64,000 nt of DNA, taken from contig OZ024740.1 of the NCBI GenBank assembly GCA_964016885.1, positions 22,816,001 to 22,880,000 of the forward strand, given 5' to 3'. The stretch comes from Eledone cirrhosa (taxonomy: Eukaryota). Of the stretch, positions 10,623 through 23,687 are shown piece after piece. Numbering within the stretch: position 1 is the stretch's first letter; each line of letters starts with the position of its first letter. The position numbers were made by a program, and so were the translations under genes. The notes under the pieces are model-generated. The model was not told where the DNA came from, searched no databases, and was given only the letters and a program-made list of their open reading frames with translations.

Positions 10623-13600
10623 TTACAGACACATACTCAGAGAAGGCCCATTCATTCGGGCCATACTTGCTTCTCTCACCCATCTTTCAACAAAATGCTG
10701 GGAAGAGAGCACTTCCCTCTCTACCCTGATTTTCCTTTTCAAATGAAATTTGAAAAAAGATAATCAGGGCATCACCGCAGAGGTAAGTGCTCGTCTTCAG
10801 CCCTTTCAAACGTGTCCACCATACTATCTCTTTCGCCATGGCTACCAGACAGATAAAAACTGCCTGCCCTTCCCGGCTAAAGGAAGAGGGCGGGGCAATC
10901 CTCACGATGGACTCAGCTGATAGCTGGATCCGTCCTACACGTGACAGCAGGTGTTCGACATAAACCCACAAGTCAGCAATGCTCGGACACTGGACGAGTG
11001 CGTGCAGGACGGTTTCGTCGCCCTGTGCGCATCTCGGACATGCCCGGCTGACGGCACCTCCGTGCCTGTAGAGTTTATCCCGAACTGGCAAAGCTCCCCG
11101 GTAGCACTGCCAGGCCAGGGATTTCTGGAAGTTGTCCATAGGCCCCGGCCCGAAAGTCCTTCCGAAGAGATTGGCTAGTTGATTTTCGTCGACGCCTAGA
11201 GTTTCTCCAAGTACGTCGTTGCTCTTCCCCTCCACTAATCCCCTATAGAACGCCAAGGTGGAGTTTCCACCGATCACATTGCCCGATTGGTCGAGGGCTG
11301 TGAGCGCCTGAAGACATTCCAGTCTCCAAGCGCTCCCTCTCGGTCTTCGCTTGACCCAGGACTGCAGCTCCGTCAAGGAGACAAGCTGGGGAAAAACGGG
11401 TCTAGCAAACGGCGACCACACCTGATCATCGTCGAGGAAGAGGTGGAGATGTCGTAGCCTGACCGCGTGTCTGCGCATCATCAGCCACAGCATGCCCAGC
11501 CCTCCACGTAGCGGATGTTGACAGCAGATGGACCGCCTGACCATCGGAGCGCGTCCCTTCCACAAGAAGCGAAAGAGCAAACGCTCCAGCGCAGTCAGGC
11601 GATCTTGGGACAAGGTACGACGGTCAGGCGGTAGTAGATGACGGACGCGATGTACGCGTTAGCCACCTCCGCTCGACCTTTCAGGGATAGCTTCCTCTCC
11701 GCCCATTTCTGGGTGAGAGAAGCCACCCTGCTCGTCACCTCGTCCCACTTTTTGTCCGTCTGGAGGTCTGGACCGAACCAGACCCCTAGCAATTTAACCG
11801 GTCCGTCCGTCCAGCGCCCGACGACGCTGTTGGACGGCATGGACCTGCCTCTCCAGGTGCCGAACTGCAGGCCCACTGACATTTCCTGGTTGATCATTGC
11901 TCCTGTCACCGCTTCGTATTCTCTTAGTGTAGTGCCGATCGCCTCGATGTGTTTGGCGTTCGACACCACTACGGTGACATCGTCCGCATATGCTGACACG
12001 GATCTTCCGCATCCTAGTTCGCGCGGGACGCCCCTCAACGTCTCCAGTTTGTGCAGTAATGGCTCGAGAGTCAATACGTACAAGAGGGACGAGAGGGGAC
12101 AACCTTGGCGGACCGAGCGCATGATGTTGAACGGTTCCGAAAGGTGACCGTTCACTCTCACTACAGAGCAGATGTCGCTGTGCATGGCAGCGATCCAGCC
12201 TCTGAAGACGGGCCCAAAGCCAGCCGCCCTCAGGACTGCCGCTAGGTAACGATGGTCGACCCTATCGAAGGCTTTCGACTGATCTAAATTGATCAAAGAC
12301 CCACCCGTGCCAGGTTCCCTAGCTACCCTCTCTACGATATATCGCATGAGGTGGAGGTTGTCGTGGATGGATCTGTCGGGAATGGCGCATGTCTGTGCCT
12401 CTCCCACCAGACCACCAACGACAAGCGCCAACCTCTTTGCTAGCACCTTGGCCAAAATCTTGAACTCTGCGTTTAGCAGAGTTATGGGCCTAAAATTATG
12501 TATGTTATCCCCCTTGTTCGGATCCTTTCTCAGCAGCGCCACCGATCCTCGGCTCACAGAGCTGGGAATTCTCCCGTTCTGTTGCCAGTTGCAGTAGACG
12601 TCCGCCAAGAGGCCTCCGAACAAGTTTGGCATTTGTACGTAAAATTCATAGGGCAGACCAGCCAAACCAGGCGATTTACCCCTTGTGCAACTAGTCATTA
12701 CATCCCGTACTTCAGCGGTTGTTATCGGCTTTTCGCAACACTCCGCCTCAGTGGCCGAAAGCCGCGGCAGTCCGTCGAGGTAGACACTAAAGTCCATCCC
12801 TCGATCCGGCCCGCCACTGCCCCCGAACATTTGAGCGAAGTGTCGCTGAAAAGCTTCACACATTTGCCCGGGATCGAGTAGCATGCGCCGTCGTGGTCCA
12901 CCAAAGACCGGATCGTGGCTTTGTTGCCACGACGCGCCTCCGCCACTCGGGCCCATTGAACAGCTTTCGTCCCCTCGTGTCTGAGAGCACGCACCCTAAC
13001 TCTGACAACGCAGCCTTCGTGCTTTGCATTGAAGAATTGGTCAAGGGCCAATTTCGCCGCAAGTACGTCGGTCGCGATGCCTTTGTTAAGCACCTCATCT
13101 AATTTTCTAACTAATTCTCCCTCTGCTCTATTTTTCTCCATTGCTAAAGTCTTACTAAACCTAATGGACTCTATTCTAATTGCTCTTTTCAGAGCAAAGC
13201 ACCACTTGTTGTTGACGATGGCCCCCGTCAACGCCCGCTTAACTAGTTCGCTATTCCGGTCTCTGTAGGCCTTGCGCGCTGGTAAGGACGCGTTTAGCTT
13301 CCAGTAGCCGGGTCCTTGTCTATGAAGCCTATCTAAGTCAAGCACACAGATCACGAATTTGTGGTCCGTGTAGCTGACTATCTTGAATTGTGGACAGCCT
13401 ATGCTAGACCTATCTATTTCCCTACAAAATACTCTATCTAGATATGATCTGGATGACCCTATGCGATTTGTCGAAGTCCACATTGGTACATTCGGGGAAA
13501 TCCATTCGGTACCTGTCAGACAGTTCAAAACGTCTGAGCAGGTTGGTGAGACTCTTGCACCCTCCTTCCCTATCCACTAATCCCACACAATCCCAGCGTG

Positions 13601-14042
13601 CATCTAAGATCCCGTTCCAGTCGCCCACTAACACTAAAGAGCGGGACGTTCCAAGAAAGGTCTCCAGACGCCGGAAGAAATCAGGCCGCCCTGCTCCTGT
13701 CGGGGCATAGACGGCCACTAACCTGAAAGCTTGCCCGTCTCCGCTGGTCACGTCCAGCACCACCAACTTACCTTCTGGGTCCAGGAAGATGGCCCGTATG
13801 GCAAGATCCAAACCTCTCCGAAAAAGCACAGAACCTCCTCCCCCCGATCCCGGACGGCTGGGAGATGCGTACACATCTTTGCCGCCGAAGATCGGTGCGA
13901 AAGCCTGTGCTTCGGAGATTCTGGTCTCGCTGATGGCCACTACATCTATGTTTAGTGACCTGAGGTCGTTGAGCAGGTGGCCCTGCTTCCATGACGACCC
14001 CAAGCCACGCGCATTTATGCTGCCTATTCTGAGTGAGGTCAT
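10623..14042 (-). pseudogene. Tx1 ORF2 (APE endonuclease, RT, C-terminal zinc finger), frameshifted
   Basis: SINARGL, SET, GDWN, YLDRV, TDH (APE); GYWKLN; KSPG, FRPITLLN, DQSKAFDRV, RQGCPLS, YADD (RT); CPRC..ETVLHALVQC. Split over four ORFs. Confidence 0.9.
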
Positions 14043-14076
14043 GTTGAAAAGGAGTGGAAAAGATGGGAAATACCAC

Positions 14077-16053
14077 TTACCTTACTTCTCGTAGGGGAAG
14101 GACGGTTTTTCCATCCTTTTCACTGCTTGTGGCCTCCTCAGGAAGGATGTCCTTATAAATCCTCCTGGAGAGTGCTTGTCGGAAGTCTCCGATGTCTTTG
14201 GGGAATTTTTGTTTTAGTGTCATGTACGTTTTCTGTGTGATGCGAGTGATTTGTATGTGTGGAGGTGGTGTGAATTTTGGGGTTGTTGTGTAGTCTTTTT
14301 CTGTGATGCTGGTGTTGTGTTGGATGTAGTGTAATAATTGCTTGTTGTTCAAATTTAATGCTGTGTAGTGTGTATCGTTTTGGTTGTTTTGTTTTGTTTG
14401 CGTTTGTTGTGGGTTTGTTTCTGTTTCGCATTTTGGTGACTTTTGTGGTGTAGGTGATGGTGGTGTTGGGGTTAATGATGGTGATGGTGTTGGTGTTTGG
14501 GTTGATGGGGTTGGTGATGCTGGTGTGGATGGTGGCATATCTGTCCTAACTTTTTTGTTTCTTAATTTATTTGTTTCCCTCTGTATTTTGTTTTTGGAGG
14601 GGGAAGGAAGAGAATTTTTTCTTTTTTCGTTTCTTTTTTTTTTTTCCGGATGTCGTTTCCCACTCCTCGTCGTCACAACCTGTCTCCAGTTGTGATAGGC
14701 CGGGGAGTGGAAAATCCTCCACAGCCGTTAGTTTTGGTTGTGGCGTGGTGGATGGTGTAGACGCTGGTGCTAGTTCTGGCGCGTTGGGTGGTGGTGGTGG
14801 TGGTGTTGGTTTTGCTACTGTTGCTGGGGTTGTTGCTGTTATAGTTGCTTCTGTTGTTGCTGCTACAGTTGTTGCTGCCATCTCTGCTATTGGTGGTGTT
14901 GATGGTTGTGTCACTGGGGTGGGTAGGAGAGGTGGCCTCAACCTTTTAGCCTGAGGGCTGAAAGCCCTTAGGTGGGTTCCTTCACCACAAACGACACACC
15001 TAGGTCTTCTGCCCTCGACAATTACCGTGAGGTGGCTGCCGTCAGTGAGGTCTATTACCTCTGGGATCTCCTCAATGCTTTTTTGGTCCGCTTGGATCAG
15101 GAGCTCCATCCCAGATCCGGACCAGTTTTCCTGCTTTTCTTTTGTTATTGCTATTATTTTCGTGTTGGCTTCGATGCCGGCGAGGACGGCCGCTATTAGC
15201 CAGGGAATTTCGATGGCCGGTGGAACGTGGGTCACCCTGATCTTTACGAGTCTCTGGCCACAATAGCTTGGGACGAGTGTGAAGTCGTCACTTTTTAATG
15301 GGGCCATGGAGTGTTCTCTAGCCTCCTCTGGTGTTTCAAAGAACACGTCCACGGTTCCATACTTTTGCTCACGTCTGATGTGGGTTTTTCTTGCCCACAC
15401 ATGTCCCAAAGCTTTTTGGATTTGGGACTTGGATGCCCGTTCCACTCGGCGCGATTTTACATTTATTGTTCTATACGACACGGTGCATAGGCGCCGATGC
15501 TCCATTTTATTAGGTGGGGGGGGGGGGGTGAGGCTGACCCTGTACCCATCTTTCTTTACCATTTGTTTGGCATTTTCTAAATCTTCCTGAGTTACGGTAA
15601 ATGCTTCGAATTGTTTTGCTACTCTGGCGAAACTGAGGGGGGGGGGTTTATAATGTCATTGTTGTTGTTGTTGCTATCGTTAATATTAATTTTAGTTTCA
15701 GTTGTGGTGGTGGTGACGTCAGTCGTCTTTGGTGGGGAAGAGTCCATTTTGCTTGATTTCATTTCGACATCACGAGTTGATTTATTTTTTTCTTCTTTTG
15801 TTTCTGTTGTCGCGGTGGTGGTGGTGGTGGTGGTGGTGGTTGTCGCGGTGGTGGTGGTGGTGGAGGCTTTAACACCTGCAGTCATTGGTAATGGCGGGAA
15901 ATGAATGTCTGCCTGAGACAAATTTAAAATATTGCTAGTGTTTAAATTGTTTGTGTTGGAAGACGTATAATCATTTACAATGGTGGTGTCGGTGTGAGGT
16001 GTTAATTTGTGAGAAAGGCTTTCAGCTGCTTGGTGCAGTGGTGAATTAGCCAT
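14077..16053 (-). pseudogene. Tx1 ORF1 (gag-like: RRM-like region, degenerate CCHC knuckle, P/T-rich linker), frameshifted
   Basis: ORFs 15619-16053, 14567-15562 and 14077-14676. Contains VEGRRPRCVVCGEGTHLRAF and lies directly upstream of ORF2. Confidence 0.8.
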
Positions 16054-16263
16054 TTTTTTTTCAAAGAAATTTTTTGATAATCATAAAAGTTTAAATTTTG
16101 GGCACAAGGCCCCAATCTTTTTGGGTGTCCTTTTCGGAAAACAATGTATGTGCGCTTATATATAGTTAACAATAAACATTTTCCATAAATGGCAATTTTT
16201 AACAAACGGAAATAACAAACCTTTGCGGAGCTCACGATGATACGATTTACTACGTAGGTCGCC

Positions 16264-17267
16264 AATAATAATGATAATAATAATAATAATGATTTCATTT
16301 ATTGGCCACAAGGGCCGACATATAGGGGACAATACAAAAGACTGGGACAGTGGGGTTTTACAGAAAAATCGAGTAAACAATATGAATAAACAAAGTAACA
16401 ATAACAAAGTAACAATAACGTAACAAGAAAATTACAAGAAAACATTCCCCAATAGGGGGTATGACCACCTAGGGTTCGCTCAGATACCCCACCAGTCCTG
16501 AACGACCCGACGCTTCGAGAGAACCCTGGAAGGGCACCCCTCTCCTCTTCAAATTTACCTACCTACAGCCGCACGACCAGAGTAGGTCCACTCACACGGG
16601 CCATTCTCGCCACATTCACCCACCTTTCAGCAAATATACTGGGGGGGCAGCATTTCTCTCTCCACCCTCACCTTCCTTTCCAAGTGAAACTTGAAAAAGT
16701 TGATGAGGGATTGGCCGAAGAGAAAAGTGTCTGTCTTCACTCCTTTCAACCTCGTCCACCATACAACCTCTTTCGTTACTGCCACCAGACAGAGGAAAAT
16801 TGCCTGCCTTTCCTGGCCAAAAGAAGGCAGCGGGTCGATCTTCACTATGGACTCGGCCGATAGCCGGATCCGTTCTACACGCGACACACAGCTGTTCAAC
16901 ATAACTCCACAAATCTGCCTGAGACAAATTTAAAATATTGCTAGTGTTTAAATTGTTTGTGTTGGCAAACGGAGTAACATTTACAATGGTGGTGTCGGTG
17001 TGAGGTGTTATTTTGTGAGGAAGGCTTTCAGCTGCTTCGTGCAGAGGTGAAGTAGCCATTTTTTTTCAAAGAAATTTTTTGATAATAATAAAAGTTAAAA
17101 TTTTGGGCACAAGGCCCCAATCTTTTTGGGTGTCCTTTTCGGAAAACAATGTATGTCTGCTTATAAACAGTTAACAATAAAATTTTCCATAAATGGCAAT
17201 TTTTAACAAATGGAAATAACAAACCTTTCCGGAGCTCACGATGATACGATTTACTACGTAGGTCGCC
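16264..17267 (-). mobile_element. Tx1 copy B: ~1-kb internally deleted chimeric element
   Basis: 16914-17267 is nearly identical to the 5' end of copy A (15907-16263). 16264-16913 is an ORF2 C-terminus plus a 3'UTR unlike A/C, ending in AATAAA and an (ATT)n tail. Confidence 0.85.
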
Positions 17268-17548
17268 AATAATAATAATAATAATAATAATAATGATTTC
17301 TTTATTAACCACACGGGTTTACATAAAGTAGACATTAAGGACAGTGCAGGACAATACAGGACGGTACAAATGGGCATTTCTGCGTGTAAAAAAACAAAAA
17401 AAACAGAGGGTGTAACAAAAAATAACAATGAAAAATTCCCCAATATGGGGGAGACTTCGGAGGGACATTTGTGGAGAAAGCCCAGTAAAAAGCCACAATT
17501 ACCCTGACCACCAAGGCAAGTGCCCTCTCCCAGTTTTCCATCTTTAAT

Positions 17549-20500
17549 TTACAGATATATACTCAGAGTAGGCCCATTCACTCGGGCCATTCTTGCTTCT
17601 CTCACCCATCTTTCAACAAAATGCTGGGAAGAGAGCACTCCCCTCTCTACTCTGATTTTCCTTTTCAAATGAAATTTGAAAAAGTCAATCAGAGCACCAC
17701 CGAAGAGGTAAGTGCTCTCTCTTCAGCCCTTTCAAACGTGTCCACCATACTATCTCTTTCACCATGGCCACCAGACAGATAAAAACTGCCTGCCCTTCCC
17801 GGCTAAAGGAGGAGGGCGGGGCAATCCTCACGATGGACTCAGATGATAGCCGGATCCGTCCTAAACGCGACAGCAGGTGTTCGACATAAATCCACAAGTC
17901 AGCAATTTTCGGACACTGAGCGAGTGCGTGCAGGACGGTTTCGTCGCCCTGTGCGCATCTCGGACATGCCCGGCTGACGGCACCTCCATGCCTGTAGAGT
18001 TTATCCCGAACTGGCAAGGCTCCTCGGTAGCACTGCCAGGCCAGAGATTTCTGGAAGTTGTCCATAGGCCCTGGCCCGAAAGTTCTTCCGAAGAGATTGG
18101 CTAGTTGATTTTCGTCGACGCCTAGAGTTTCCCCAAGTACTTCGTCGCTCTTCCCCTCCACTAATCCTCTATAGAACGCCAAGGTGGAGTTTCCACCGAT
18201 CACATTGCCCGATTGGTCGAGGGCTGTGAGCGCCTGAAGACATTCCAGTCTCCAGGCGCTCCCTCTCGGTCTTCGCTTGACCCAGGACTGCAGCTCCGTC
18301 AAGGAAACGAGCTGGGGAAATACGTGTCTAGCAAACGGCGACCACACCTGGTCACCGTCGAGGAAGAGGTGGAGATGTCGTAGCCTGAGCGCGTGCCTGC
18401 GCATCATCAGCCACGGCATGCCCAGCCCTCCACGTAGCGGGTGTTGACAACAGATGGACCGCCTGACCATCGTAGCGCGTCCCTTCCACAAAAAGCGAAA
18501 GAGCAAACGCTCCAGCGCAGTCAAGCGAGGCTTAGGACAAGGTACGACGGTCAGGCGGTAGCAGATGTCAGACGCGATGTACGCGTTAGCCACCTCCGCT
18601 CGACCTTTCAGGGATAGCTTCCTCTCCGCCCATTTCTGGGTGAGAGAAGCCACCCTGCTCGTCACTTCGTCCCAGTTTTTGTCCGTCTGGAGGTCCGGAC
18701 CGAACCAGACCCCTAGCAATTTAACCGGTCCATCCGTCCAGCGTCCGACGACGCTGTTGGACGGCATGGACCTGCCTCTCCAGGTGCCGAGCTGCAGGCC
18801 CACTGACTTTTCCTGGTTGATCATTGCTCCTGTCACCGCTTCGTATTCTCTTAGTGTAGTGCCGATCGCCTCGATGTGTTTGGCGTTCGACACCACTACG
18901 GTGACATCGTCCGCATATGCTGACACGGATCTTCCGCATCCTAGTTCGCGCGGGACGCCCCTCAACGTTTCCAGTTTGTGCAGTAATGGCTCGAGAGTCA
19001 ATACGTACAAGAGGGACGAGAGGGGACATCCTTGGCGGACCGAGCGCATGATGTTGAACGGTTCCGACAGGTGACCGTTCACTCTCACTACAGAGCAGAT
19101 GTCGCTGTGCATGGCAGCGATCCAGCCTCTGAAGACGGGCCCAAAGCCAGCCGCCCTCAGGACTGCCGCTAGGTAACGATGGTCGACCCTATCGAAAGCT
19201 TTCGACTGATCTAAATTGATCAAGGATCCACCCGTACCAGGTTCCTTAGCTACCCTCTCTACGATGTATCGCATGAGGTGGAGGTTGTCGTGGATGGATC
19301 TGTCGGGAATGGCGCATGTCTGCTCCTCTCCTACCAGACCACCAACGACAAGCGCCAACCTCTTTGCTAGCACCTTGGCCAAAATCTTGAACTCTGTGTT
19401 TAGCAGAGTTATGGGCTTGAAATTATCTATGTTATCCCCCTTGTTCGGATCCTTTCTCAACAGTGCCACCGCTCCTCTGCTCACAGAGCTGGGAATTCTC
19501 CCGTTATGTTTCCAGTTGCAGTAGACGTCCGCCAAGAGGCCTCCGAACACGTCTGGCATCTGTACGTAAAGTTCATAGGGCAGATCATCCAAACCAGGCG
19601 ATTTACCCCTTGTGCAGCCAGTCATTGCCTCCCGTAATTCAGCGGCTGTTATCGGCTTTTCGCAACACTCCGCCTCAGTGGCCGAGAGCCACGGCAGTCC
19701 GTCGAGGTAGACACTAAAGTCCATCCCCCGACCCGGCTCACCGCTGCCCCCGAACAACTGAGCGAAGTGTCGCTGAAAAGCTTCACACATCTGCCCGGGA
19801 TCGAGTAGCATGCGCCCGTCGTAGTCCACCAAAGACCGGATCGTGGCTTTGTTGCCACGACGCGCCTCCGCCACTCGGGCCCATTGAACGGCTTTCGTCC
19901 ACTCGTGTCTGAGAGCACGCACCCATGCTCTGACAACGCAGCCTTCGTGCTTTGCATTGAAGAATTGGTCAAGGGCCAATTTCGCCGCAAGCATGTCGGT
20001 CGCGATGCCTTTGCTAAGCGCCTTGTCTAATTTTCTAACTAGTTCTCCCTCTGCTCTATTTTTCTCTATTGCTAAAGCCTTACTAAACCTAATGGATTCT
20101 ATTCTAATCGCACTTTTCAGAGCAAACCACCACTTGTTGTTGACGATGGCCCCCGTCAACGCCCGCTTGACTAGTTCGCTAATCCGGTCTCTGTAGGCCT
20201 TGCGCGCTGGTAAGGACGCGTTTAGCTTCCAGTAGCCGGGTCCTCGTCTATGAAGCCTATCTAAGTCAAGCACACAGATCACGAATTTGTGGTCCGTGTA
20301 GCTGACTATTTTGAATTGTGGACAGCCTATGCTAGACCTATCTATTTCCCTACAAAATACTCTATCTAGATATGATCTGGATGACCCTATGCGATTTGGT
20401 CAAGTCCACATTGGCACATTCGGGAAATCCAATCGGTACCTCTCAGACAGTTCAAAACGCCTGAGCAGGTTGGTGAGGCTCTTGCACCCCCCCCCCTATC

Positions 20501-20933
20501 CGCTAATCCCACACAGTCCCAGCGTGCATCTAAGATCCCGTTCCAGTCGCCCACTAACACTAAAGAGCGGGGCGTTCCAAGAAAGGTCTCCAGACGCCGG
20601 AAGAAATCAAGCCTGAAAGCTTGCCCGTCTCCGCTGGTCACGTGGCGCACCACCAACTTACCCTCTGGCTCCAGGAAGATGGCCCGTATGACGAGATCCA
20701 AACCTCTCCGAAAAAGCATAGCAACTCCTTCCCTCCGATCCAGGACGGCTGGGAGATGCGTACACATCGTAGCCGCCGAAGATCGGTGCGAAGGCCCGTG
20801 CTTCGGAGATTCTGGTCTCGCTGATGTCCACTACATCTATATTTAGTGACCTGAGTTCGTTGAGCAGGTGACCCTGCTTCCATGACGACCCCAAGCCACG
20901 CGCATTTATGCTGCCTACTTTGAGTGAGGTCAT
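17549..20933 (-). pseudogene. Tx1 ORF2 (APE-RT), lesions in APE region and C-terminus, 865-aa open segment
   Basis: Highly similar to copy A ORF2. Lacks the 'VAVYAPTGAGRP' segment near 20610. RT motifs, including YADD, are intact in ORF 17685-20282. Confidence 0.9.
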
Positions 20934-20968
20934 GTTTAAAATAGAGTGGAAAAGATGGGAAAAACCAC

Positions 20969-23070
20969 TTACCGTACTTTTCGTAGAGGAAGGGTGGTTT
21001 CTCCATCCCTTTTCACTTGATTGTCTGGTGAAGGGACCGTTGAATCGTCCCTTCGGCTGGTCGTCGGCTCTTCTATGAGTATGTCCGAATATACTCTCCG
21101 GTTGAGAGTCCCTCCTAGGTTTCTGAAATCACCAACTGCGTTGGGGAATTTCTTTTTAATGTTTGTGTATTGTTTCTGTGCTATTTTAGCAGTATTATGT
21201 TCGTTGGCGTTTTGATTGATGCTGGTATTATGTAGTCGTGCTGTGAAATGTCTGTGTGTTCAATTATGTAAGTCATTAGTTTCTTGTTGTGTGTATTTAT
21301 TGCCGTGCATTTGTTTTTCTGGGGTGGGGGTGTGGTTCTGCTATTTTCTTGTCGTTGTTGCTGGGTGTGTGTGTTTTGTTGTGTTTATGATGTTAGTGCT
21401 TGTGGTGGTGGTGTTGAAGGTGTTGTTGTTGTTGGCGGTGGGGTTGTCGCCGGTGGTGATGGTGGTGCTAGTGTGGGTGGTGATGGTGTTGGTGGTGTTG
21501 CTGCTGTGAGTCTCTTTGCAGTAGCCTTTACCCTTTTTTCATTTCTTTCCTCCCTTTTCGAAGGCGACGATGCGCTGCTTCTGCGTTGTGCCTTCTTACG
21601 ACTTTTTGCCATCCCTCTCCCACCTCACACTCCATGTCTGATTCTGTGAGGTCGGGGAGGGGTACCAGCTCCACTCTTTCACTTGTTGTTGTTGGTGATG
21701 TTTGCAGTGGAGTCTCTGTTGCAGCTGCATTTGGTATTACTGTTTTTGTTGTTAATACTTCCACTGCTGCTGCTGTTCTTGATTTCCGTGGCGTGGGTAT
21801 GGGTGCCACGGACCACATCGTTTCTGCTTGCCGCTTGTCCTGTTGCTGGTAGCCGTGGAGCCGGTTTCGGAAGGAGGGGGGTTTTCTCCTTTCTCAGGGT
21901 CTTCTCGTTGCAGAAGGCGCTGAGGTGAGTCTTCGATCGACAGCGAAAGCATTTCGGGCGTTTGCCCTCAACACTTATGGGCAGTTGAGTGCCGTTATCG
22001 AAGTCTATCACATCCGGGATAGCTTCGATGCACTCCTGGTTGGTTTGGATTAACATCTCAATGGAGGTGCCGACCCAATCTTCTCTTAGTTTTTTCTGTA
22101 CTTGCAGTACAGTTGTTTTGTCCTCGATTCCGACGAGAACAGAGGCGGCCAGCCAAGAAGGGGCCATCCCGGGACGGGGGGACGGGGGGACGTGGGTCAG
22201 TGTGACCCTCACAATGTTTTGCCCGCAGTAGGAGGGCACCAACACCATTTCCTCACTCCTTAGGGTCACTAAGGATTGAACCTTTGCCTCCTGGGGTGTG
22301 GCACGTCTACGGTGGCATATTTCTTGCCTCGGGTGATGTGCGTTTTCCGCTGCCACACAGACCCTAAGGCTTTTTCTATTTGAGCCTCTGTGGCTCTTTC
22401 AACCCTACGGGTTGGGTTTCGAAACATTTTTCGGCTGCCTTCAGATTGCTCGGTGTCCGGTTTTCGTCACCATCTTCTTCGCTTCCTCTAATTCCTCATT
22501 TGTTATGAGGATGCTTTCCAGGTTCTTTGCGATACCTGCAAACGAGATTGGTTTTTCTTTGCTGTTGTTGTTGTTGTTGTTGTTGTCGTCGTCAGAGCTG
22601 CTGTTACTTTTGTTGTTGCTGCAGGTACTACGACTACTGCCGCCGCCGCTGTTGCTGTGGTTGTTGTTGATGTTGCTGCTGCTGCTGTTGTTGTTGCTGT
22701 TGCTGCTAATGCTGTTGTTGTTTATGCTGCTGCTGATGCTGTTGCGGCTGCTACTGTTGTTTTCCTTGTCACTGTTGCTGCTGCTGCTGTTATTACGGCT
22801 GCTACTGCTATTATTCATGACGTCAGATGAATGAAATGGCTTTTCGTATTTCCCGCACACCTTTTTCGTCGTTGTCGTCGTGGAGAAATGTTGCACGCTT
22901 TCTACGTGATTTTTCTTTACTGGCGTCGCTTGCGAAAGAGAAGGGAGGGAGAGAGACACATTTAGAGAAGGGAGGGAGAGAGACAATCTTCTCTCTGCTG
23001 TAGTGACGATTGAGGAAGAAGAAGGCGGAATGAGTGGGAGTGACCTATGAAAATTCTTTTTCGTAGCCAT
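20969..23070 (-). pseudogene. Tx1 ORF1 of copy C (S/N-rich N-terminus, CCHC knuckle), frameshifted
   Basis: ORFs 22441-23103, 21679-22356 and others. Contains LVPSYCGQ and VEGKRPKCFRCRSKTHLSAFC. Confidence 0.75.
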
Positions 23071-23283
23071 GTTTTTTTTGTTTAAAATAAATATTGGGCA
23101 CAAAACCCCAATAAGCGGTTATTTAACCCCGAAGGGCCAAATAACGGGCAGAAAGACCCCTCTCACGAGGAGGAGGGTGTTTTTGTCTACAATTTGGTTA
23201 AAGTTTTAAACAATTTACAATTGTTATAGCGTTCAAAATTTACAATACCTTACAGAGCCGAGCCTCCGTCAACCATGGCATTC

Positions 23284-23321
<38 letters not shown>

Positions 23322-23508
23322 GAAAAGGTAGAAGAAGAAGAAGAAGAAAGAAGAAGAAAGAAGAAAGAAGAAGAAAGAAGAAGAAAGAAGACGAATAATA
23401 ATAATAATAATAATAATAATAAGAAGAAGAAGAAGAAAGAAGAAGAAGAAGAAGAAGAAGAAGAAGAAGAAGAAGAAGAAGAAGAAGAAGAAGAAGAAGA
23501 AGAAGAAG
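23284..23508. repeat. Compound (AAT)n/(AAG)n microsatellite
   Basis: Direct observation of alternating AAT and AAG blocks. Confidence 0.95.
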
Positions 23509-23687
23509 ATATTTAGATTCTTTACATATCTATGAGTTACCTGTACAATATTTTGATGGTTTGTTTTCCCCAACCTCTAGGCTTAACTTTCTATCTATGT
23601 AGGTAATTATATTTATGCTGAAGGTAACATTAGTATAAAACTAATGGAATATTTCCTATTTTTTGTTTAATGTATGAACTTTTGTAA

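Larger units (their letters stand above)
10400..16263 (-). mobile_element. Tx1-clade LINE, copy A (5' intact, extreme 3' end lost)
   Basis: 5'UTR starting GGCGACCTACG at 16263, ORF1, APE-RT ORF2, and a 3'UTR matching copy C but lacking the AATAAA and (ATT)n tail. Confidence 0.9.
17268..23283 (-). mobile_element. Tx1-clade LINE, copy C (full length)
   Basis: 5' end abuts (ATT)n at 23284. Contains ORF1 fragments, ORF2, 3'UTR, AATAAA and an (ATT)n tail at 17268-17294. Confidence 0.9.

Noticed and set aside
11638-13268. Antisense ORFs repeated in Tx1 copies A, C and D
   Set aside because: Shadows of the GC-rich ORF2. They recur because the elements are homologous.
15907-17267. LTR pair (direct repeats 15907-16263 and 16914-17267)
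   Set aside because: They are LINE 5' ends containing the ORF1 start. No TG..CA, PBS or integrase.
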